DNA from: Lama guanicoe
Lineage: Eukaryota
Length of the DNA stretch: 64,000 bases
Assembly (NCBI GenBank): GCA_013239625.1
Contig: MU054187.1
Location: forward strand, 18,530,711 to 18,594,710
Direction: 5' to 3'
The position numbers and the translations under genes were made by a program. This document shows, piece by piece, positions 56,264-64,000 of the stretch. Under the pieces are notes generated by a model, which worked only from the letters and a program-made list of their open reading frames with translations, had not been told where the DNA came from and did no database searches. Every line of letters starts with the position of its first letter. The stretch's first letter is position 1.

Positions 56264-56955
56264 CTTTTTTTTTTAAATTAAACTTTCTATTTTGAGACCA
56301 TTGTAAATTCACATACAATTATAAGAAATAATACACGGAGATCTCTTGCACCCTTTACTCAGTTCTCCCAATGGTAACATCTTGTAAAACCACAATATAC
56401 TACTGCAACAAAGAAAGTGGCACTGATAAAATCTACCTATGATATTCAGATTTCACCAGTTTTAGATACTCATTTGTGTGAGTGTGTATTTAGTTCTATA
56501 CGATTTTATCACATGTGAAGGTTCATGTATTTGCCACCAGCCAAGTTACAGGACAGTTCTAACACCACAAGGATCCCTTGTGTTGTCCTTTTATAACTCC
56601 CCATCTCCCTTCTGCCCTATCCTAACTTTTAGCAACCACTGATCTGTTCCTCATCTCTGCAATTTTGACATTTCAAGAATGTCACATAAGTGGAATCACA
56701 CGGTATGTAATCCTTCAGGATTGGTTTTTTCCATTCAGCATAATTCCCTTGAGTCATTCAGGTTGCTGTGTGCTATCAACCACTTGTTCCTTTCTATTGC
56801 TGAGTAGTATTCCACAATATAGCTTGTTTAACCATCGACCAGTTGAAGGACCTCTGGGCTGTTTACAGCTTTTGGCTACTACAAATAAAGCTGCTATGAA
56901 CATTTGTGCACAAGTTTTGAATATGAAAATAAGTTTTCATTTCTCTGGGATAAAC
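56264..56955 (-). mobile_element. Old L1 (L1MB/MC-like) 3' end
   Basis: T-run followed by typical antisense L1M 3' UTR motifs (ccccaatggtaacatcttg; gctactacaaataaagctgctatgaacatt). Confidence 0.75.
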
Positions 56956-58321
56956 ATTCTCTGCTCCATATACACGTATCTCCTTTGGGAGGACCCGACT
57001 GTCTCAACCTGGGTCGGTGGCTAGAGACCAGGGGACTTGTTGAGTCACTGTCTCCTGGACTAGGAGTCTATCATTCCAAATCTGCCAGTTCCTAACAGCA
57101 GAGTGCTCAAAGCTTTACAAAGAGAGGGAAAATCCACACTGAATCATCACTGTTTAATTTTATTCCCAAATCCCTACAAACCAGGCTTCCTCTGTTATTT
57201 TATGTCAATAGATAAAAGCAAACTTAAGGGTCATAATCACATTAAAAAAATTAAGATAGTCAAAAGAGAAAGTTGTAACATAACTTTTAAAAGAAAAAAA
57301 CAAAATAAAGCAAAATCCAGAAACTTTAAAAGAAGGGAGTGAGGTTTCGAGCAAAAACAAGAGTTAAGAAAGATATACAACTAGTGAAAGCTAACGCTGA
57401 CTTGGGAAGCCATAAAAGAGTCTGATTATGTGTGATCAGAGCATATGACCACCCAGGAAAGAAAATACATTCAAAATATATTCATCTTTTCATTTAGGAA
57501 ATGTATGGTATTATTTATAGCTATATTATAGCTGTTGATAAAAACCAACTTTCTTTAGAGATTTGTATCTACCTCAATGAACTCCTTCATTGTCTTTAAA
57601 TTAGCTGGTCATTTCCTCTAAACCTGCTTTGAAAATGTTTGACTCCACCGTGAAACTAAACATTTCAAAGGACTTTCATTACCAATGCAGAAATAAGTCT
57701 CCTAGAATTCTACAGTGTAAAAACCATGGAACACTATGGTTAAAACCAGCAATATTTTTCATTATTCCTTTACATATTAGTTTTTAAATCACTGCTGTAA
57801 TTTTTTTAAGTTGTCAACATAAAACTAGTAAGAAAATAAAGGGTTAAATAACACTGTATACTACTACTATTACATGAATTTAGTAGACTTAAAACTTGTA
57901 CTAAAAGTAAGAGAGTTGAAACAAATCCTTCAAATAAGCTATTTTTTGGATTTTTCTAGTATTCTGAAAGGAAAAAATATCTGATCTAAATATTGGCCTT
58001 CAGGAATATTTCAGCATTTTGAAATTAAAAATATCAATAAGAAATATTCATGAAAAAGTGAAAAATAACTTTTAAAAATATTTATATAAAATCAAATATA
58101 CTGCTAAAATGAAACTATAAAGTGTATTATAACATCAGTCTTCTACATAAATAAGCTAAAATAGTAAAATGTTATTCTCCATCTTAAAACAATAAAATGT
58201 TCTACTGTGTGGCCTCAAAACCTCTTGCAAACCATTTTTTCAATATGCTGAAATATGCCACCCTCTACTGTTAAGAAACAGTAATATTCATAAAGCAGAA
58301 AAGCAATTATTTGCTCAACTA

Positions 58322-58338
58322 TTGCCACCTTGTGGCTA
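58322..58338 (-). promoter_or_regulatory. Candidate CTCF site
   Basis: Minus strand TAGCCACAAGGTGGCAA closely fits the CTCF core CCASYAGRKGGCR and lies in apparently non-repetitive sequence. Confidence 0.45.
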
Positions 58339-59423
58339 TCAGATTAGTCTTCTGCAATTCCACAGCTCCTGATTGGCTCAACAGGTTCTACAAATCTTTA
58401 CTGTCTAAGTGACGTAAGAGGGTTAAAGCTTTTTAAATATTCTTAAAAAACAAAAAAGGAAAAAGGTATCTGACAAAAAAATGTATTTAGAAAATATTTA
58501 ACAGGCCCTCTATACGTAAGTATGTGTTATATTGGTTACAAAAATGAAAAGGAGTTGGTCCCCATCCTAAAAAGAGACAGATGCATAAAAAATCCAAAAG
58601 GTAATAAACCAAGGAAAAGAAAAATGGCCCTTCAGATCATTTAAATGAGAGATCCCTTTAACTGGTAACCTCACAGAAATTTTAAGGTAGAGAATTCACA
58701 ACAAACCACCCTTGATTAAATTTACCTGCAAGGGAAAGTTCCTTTTAAGGATAACTTCCTTGACTCTTATTGAATATCACTTATTTCTGAGATGCACATA
58801 TAGATACATAAGTCTACACTTGAAGGATAAGAATTAAGTCAATGGGTACAATGTTAACTTTCATCCCTACATATACACATTTTCAAATCCCAATATAAAG
58901 ATCCAATATATATAACATAAATGTGGTATCTTGTTGGTATAAATGTATTTTATGAGTTTAAATTGATAGCAATTTACCTATTATTAAGACAAAAAATGTG
59001 AACATGCAGTTATCTTGATAAAAGTCACAAAATGATACCAGAAGTGAGGAATAAACAACTCCAGTTTCCAACTTCTGCATTTTGTTTGGACTGCTCAGTA
59101 CCAAGAAAACCCACTTATAATACCCTGCATGCACAAGTGGGCAAGGAAATAGGCACTGTCTTGCACTGTAGGTGGGAGTGTGGTGCAAACAGTCTGTATC
59201 AATCAAAACTCAAATTATATGTACATTCTGACCCAGCATATATACCACAAATATCCAAAAATATGTAAATACTCACTGTAGCATTGTCTGTATTAATGAA
59301 AACAAAAAACAAAAAACAAAAAAACCCAGAAACAACCTAGAAGCTCATGAGTGAAGGCCTGGTTAAATACATTATGCTATATCTGCACCATGGAATACCA
59401 AACAAACATTTTTTCAATGAGGT

Positions 59424-59555
59424 ATACAGTCAGCCCTCTGTATTTGCAGATGTGGGAACTACAGAGGGTCAACTGTACCATTTATAAAAGGGACTTGAGC
59501 ATCGAGGGATTTTGGTATCACAGAGCATCCTAGAATCAATCCCCTGTGAACCTAG
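59424..59555. mobile_element. MER2/Tigger-like relic
   Basis: tacagtcagccctctgtat...agggacttgagcatc...ggattttggtatc...aatcccctgtg. Confidence 0.65.
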
Positions 59556-59644
59556 GAACAATGGAAAATATACTACACGTATGAAGTGATAAAGAAAAAT
59601 ATTCAAAGTTACAGTTAAGTGAGAATAGCAATTTTTAGCAGCAG

Positions 59645-59865
59645 TAATGAAAATATATGGTGCTTATTATCAGGTACTTGTGCTAAGTGCTTAAATAATG
59701 AATTCACCTAATCTCATAATAATCCCACGACAAGGTTTCCTTTTATAAAAAAAGTAAAAGACACACAGATATTAAGTAATTTCTCAAGGAAACACAGCCA
59801 GTAAATGATAGAAGAATCAGGATTCAAACCAAGACTGTCTGAATCCAGAGCTTACATTCTTAAAC
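59645..59865 (-). mobile_element. MIR SINE
   Basis: gtgctaagtgctt...taatctcataataatccc...ttaagtaattt.tcaagg...caggattcaaacc...tgaatccagagc. Confidence 0.65.
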
Positions 59866-60735
59866 ATTAATAATGTTTTAAAATATATATAATATAATAA
59901 GCTTATATTCATATACAAAATCTCTAGTAGTTACACATTTAAAATACACACCTTCCAGCTTTGAGAAAGTGAGGAAAAGGGAAAGGGGGCTTTTACATTT
60001 TGCACAATAACCTTCACTGCTATTTACATTCTTTTTTTAAAGTAAGCACATATTATTTCTATATTTTGCAAACAATTTTTTTCAAAAATTCTGATCACAC
60101 AATAAAGATGAACTTTACTCATCTTATAATCTCAAGATGCTCTTCAATTAAATAGATTCAGAAACTTCAAAGAGTGAAGTAAAAGGTTTTTTTCCACAAA
60201 GTTGATTCTTTACATCATTACCTAACAACTGCTCATATTCCTCATGTCAGAAATGAGTATGTCAGAAAAGTACTGAAAACTTCCAATACACACTAAAATA
60301 AAACTAATTTGGTATTTTCAGTTTTCCTATTACTCTTATGATTGTTTTAGCTCAATCATTATTCTGGACTCGGGCCTTTAACTCACATGTTCAAGCCTGT
60401 ACTATTCTCACTTGTACATCAGTTTGTAAGCAGTCACACAGAGATCTCAATTCAAAGACAGCCCAGGCATAACTGAAGTTCAAATGTGCACTATGTGTAC
60501 TATTCATTCATTCACCCATTTGGCAGATACTTACGAAATCCCAGTAAGAGTCAAGCACTGTACTAGATGCCAGGCAGTTTTCCAGAACCCAAGACACTAC
60601 CCATCTGTGAGCTGTTTGGTACTTGTTCCCAAGGAGATAAGTACAGAAATTGAGAGAGTTTATTTTTATATAATTTAATATTGCCAGACATCCAATTTGT
60701 CTCCTGACTCTAAATATTCAAAAAATATGACTTGT

Positions 60736-61266
60736 TGAAGTCAGTCAGTAAGAGAAAGAAAAATACCATATAACTTATATGTGGAATCTAAAAAAAAGAC
60801 ACAAATGAATTTATTTACAAAACTGAAACAGACTCACAGACATAAAGAACAAACCAGGGGGAAATGAGGTGGGAAGGGATAAACTGGGAGTTCGAGATTT
60901 AGCAATACTGCTATATATAAAATAGATAAACAAGTTTCTTCTGTACAACACAAGGAACTATATTCAATATCTTGTAATAACCTATAATGAAAAAGAATAT
61001 GAAAACGAATACATGTATGCATGACTGAAACATGCTGCACACCAGAAATTAACACATTGTAAACTGACTCTACATCAATAAAAAAATAAATTTTTTAAAT
61101 AAACAAAAGTTTATATTGGATAGCACAAGGAACTATATTCAGTATCTTACAGTAATGTATAACGAAAAAGAATATGAAAAGTAATATATGTATGTATATG
61201 TGTAATTAAAACATTCTGTACACCAGAAATTGACACATTGTATACTGACTATACTTTAATTTAAAA
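60736..61266 (+). mobile_element. Two tandem L1 3'-end fragments (~60736-61095 and ~61100-61266)
   Basis: Both fragments carry the same L1 tail motifs (cacaaggaactatattca...gaaaaagaatatgaaaa...acaccagaaatt.acacattgta.actgact). The pair is flanked by atgacttgt at 60727-60735 and 61267-61275. Confidence 0.88.
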
Positions 61267-61740
61267 ATGACTTGTATTTATGTCTTCTTCTCCCATTTCA
61301 TTTATCGAATAATTGTATTTTACAAAATTATTGCCTGAGACAGATGGATTTTTTAAAAAGTTAATTTACAGAAGAGGAAAGTGAAGCACCGACAGGTTAA
61401 ACTACTTGCTCAAGTTCATTGAGACAATAATTCTCTCATTCACCTAACCACCGAATTAAGAAATGTTTATGAAGAGCCTGGTACACCAGACAATAAGCTC
61501 CATGCTGCGGCTACTGTGCAGAACAAGACCAGCAAAGAGCCCTGCCTCTCCCGGTGAGAGTCCAGTTCTACTCCGAGTTCCCAGAGTCGCTCTAGACGCC
61601 TCACTGGCAGCACTCGCTTCAGGAAGACGCGCGCCAAAGAGCGTGGACAGCGCAGGTCCAGCATGTAAATACCATAAAAAGTACAACAAACAGGAAACCA
61701 CCACCACCACCTGCTATTCCCAGTAGCCAGCAGCTGGGCC

Positions 61741-61990
61741 AGCTCACGTCCCGGCTCCCCGCTCCACTCCCAACACCGGGCTCCACGCCGGTCTCTCGGT
61801 CCCACTCACCGAGAGGCGGGCTCCGCCCCGACTCCTGCCCCACCCTCTACGCCAGGCTCCGCCCTAATCCCAGCTCCACTCCCCACTACGTCGGGCTCCG
61901 TCCCGGCTCCCGGCTCCACCCCAACAGCGGGCTCCGCCCTGACTCCCGCCTCCAGCCCCCACTCTAGGCTCCGCCCCAACCCTCCGCCCC
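61741..61990. repeat. Degenerate GC-rich minisatellite, ~7 units of 36-40 bp
   Basis: GGCTCC(G)CCC-like unit starts at ~61741, 61779, 61819, 61855, 61894, 61930 and 61967. The units at 61741 and 61894 are near-identical. Confidence 0.7.
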
Positions 61991-62028
61991 ACCCGCCGCC
62001 GCGTCGCTGGCGTAGCCCCGCGACTCAC

Positions 62029-62244
62029 TCTCAGCCGCCCGAGCTCCGCCTTCCGCTGCAGCTCCGAGTGCCGCTCCAAAGCGCTCGCGAAGCCGCCTGG
62101 ACGCGTTCTAGGCTCCGTGGAGTCAGAACTCTCGCCTCCGGAGCCACTTTCAGTGCCTGCGCCTCGACAGGGCCGAGAGAACAGAAATACTCGCAGAAAA
62201 TGACTCTCGGCAGACACGGCACGGGTTCGACACAGCGCCGCCAT
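62029..62244 (-). CDS. MRPS28: MRPS28 coding exon 1 (72 codons, includes the putative mitochondrial presequence)
   Basis: The ATG at 62244-62242 (gtcATGG) opens [72 protein letters not shown], which matches the mammalian MRPS28 N-terminus ([10 protein letters not shown]...[13 protein letters not shown]). The exon ends at a phase-0 donor AGA|GTGAGT, with the intron starting at 62028. Confidence 0.96.
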
Positions 62245-64000
62245 GACGGCTCCACAACCTCTGACCTTTGGCTTCTCCGCAAGCGCGCAGGTCACGGGGC
62301 GGAGCAACAAGAGGCCCTCCCCCTTGCAGAGCACTATGGGCCGGTGGGCGTGGCCTGGTCGGGGCACGGGAGGAGTGTGGGGTGAGAGAGGGTTTAGGCT
62401 AAACTTACTGGGCTAATTCTTGGTGGCTGAAGGTCCTCTGTTGGCAGCGACCCGCTGAGTTTTGCATGATAAGAGTTTTGAGTTGCAGCCGTTTGCCGTC
62501 CCAGACACCCCTTGGGCCTCGTTCTGATGTAAATTCTTAACAATGCGACGCTTGCTGCCCTCGCCGCCCGCTTGTCTGCACAGGTGGGCCCCAAGGCTCA
62601 TTCCCCCGCCGCTGTTCAGGTCTCTGCTCAAATGCGAGGTTCTCCTCGATTATCTCATTTAGAACTGGAACCCCAGGCAGTGTTGTGCCCCCACAGTTTT
62701 CTTTATACCGTTTAGCACTTAGTATGCCAGTAAGTTTACTTACGGAGGCAGGAATTTTGCAGTTGGATCCCTGACAGCGGGCATAAATTGGGCTTAAATA
62801 TTTGTGAACGCCTGGATCCAAGTTTGTCTTTCTTCGCCTATATTGCGGTCAGTTCACTCACGGTGCAAAAATACTAATCTGAGACCTTTCTGGTCACCTG
62901 TAGCTAGCTACAGTTATCTCTAGGGAATTAAGAAATCTAGTAATGTCTAACTGTGTACCACCAGGGGCCCCACCCTCACTCTTATTTTCTCCCTTTCCCC
63001 TCCACGATGTTAATTGCCTGAATTTACCCACCCTCTTCAAAACGGAACCCAAACACGGTACTTGGAGCATTTATGAATTAAGCTGTCCATCCATCTTCTA
63101 CCCAGCAGTTTTATATTCATCCGTAATTATTGTTTGGAGGGAAGCAGCAAGCACTTTCCCCTTTCATTTGGAAGTACTTTGACAGAATGCATTTCTATGT
63201 ATGACAACCCCTGTTTTAATAATGCCTTTGATTATGGATTTTGAATCTTCCTGATGTTCTCATCAACTGCACACAGTAGACAGAACACTTCTAGTGCAGC
63301 AACCTTGGAGTGGTGTGTAACTGTATGAGTCACACACGGCTTATTTCTAGCCACCGATAGGGTAATCCTTAAAATTCCGTAGTAGGCTTAAGATAAATTC
63401 TATGCCAGGTGGATTCTTTCTTTTGTTTGGTTCATAAACTTTATTTTTCTTGACTGTTTATGAAGTCTTGCCTAAAGTATTTTTGCATTACTGTTGCTCA
63501 TTCTGTTTCCCTTCAGGAAAATGTGGTAAATTGTGAACAGCATTGGTCATTGCTCTCAGTTCTAGTCCGGACTCCAGTCCTGATCACAGGCAAGCCAATA
63601 TGTTTCTGATTTGGTTCCCTCACGTAAAACCAAGTTATTAGCCTCTGTCTTGAATTTAAGGAAGTGCTTTTATAAACCGAACTAAATTAGTATCTGCAAA
63701 ATAAATGGGATTACTAATATCCCAGCTCTAAAATTCAATAGATGTGTTATCTTCATGTCCTACCTCAGCCAGATGAAATTCCCTGGGGATTGTGACAACA
63801 GGCATTTTGGGACAAATCCTGATGTTTTTAATGGATAAGAGTAAGTTTGTATCAACTGACTTCAGGTATGCCTAGTTCTCTGCCTTTGGCAGAGCAGCAG
63901 AAACAGCAAATGAGAAGCAGTGTAAAGGACTGAGCAGGTCTGCACATTGTCCTTGCCAGCACCAGTGCCAAACGTAACATCAACTCTCAAGGCAATGCTT

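Larger units (their letters stand above)
50443..62028 (-). other. MRPS28: MRPS28 intron 1 (~11.6 kb, GT-AG)
   Basis: Bounded by the exon 1 donor and the exon 2 acceptor. Phase is consistent (0). Confidence 0.9.
61540..62660. promoter_or_regulatory. CpG island / TATA-less promoter of MRPS28
   Basis: Abrupt rise in GC and CpG content around exon 1. GC/KLF boxes (GGGGCGG ~62296, GGGCGTGG ~62346). YY1-like CCGCCAT overlapping the start codon. Nuclear-receptor half sites TGACCT (62262) and AGGTCA (62289). Confidence 0.85.

Noticed and set aside
61864..62367. 167-aa ORF as a complete protein or N-terminally extended MRPS28
   Set aside because: It starts at a non-ATG codon in the promoter and runs through the splice donor into intron 1. 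Only 62244-62029 matches MRPS28.
62660..64000. 3' end of the upstream neighbour gene (TPD52 in human) or a divergent gene
   Set aside because: No recognisable coding exon. The sequence looks intergenic with a MIR-like relic.

Overview
Mammalian genomic DNA, very likely camelid (alpaca/camel-type tRNA-derived SINEs and L1 3' ends). It contains the 5' part of MRPS28 (mitochondrial ribosomal protein bS1m) on the minus strand: a CpG-island promoter (~61.5-62.7 kb), coding exon 1 (62029-62244) and coding exon 2 (50261-50442). The last coding exon was not found, so 1-50260 is probably intron 2. The rest is intronic and dominated by transposon relics: young L1s and SINEs with target-site duplications (TSDs), an ERVL-type internal remnant, MLT1 LTRs, MIRs and hAT/mariner fossils. 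Almost all ORF-track entries are spurious or L1 ORF2 fragments. I see no convincing novel biological system. The most notable structures are a near-perfect 430-bp tandem duplication at the 5' end of an L1, an inverted ~98-bp reverse-transcriptase (RT) copy inside the ERVL, a double L1 tail within one TSD, a GC-box minisatellite with a strong alternative splice donor just after exon 1, and a few enhancer/CTCF-like motif clusters. Repeat family names come from recalled consensus sequences, not from a database search.
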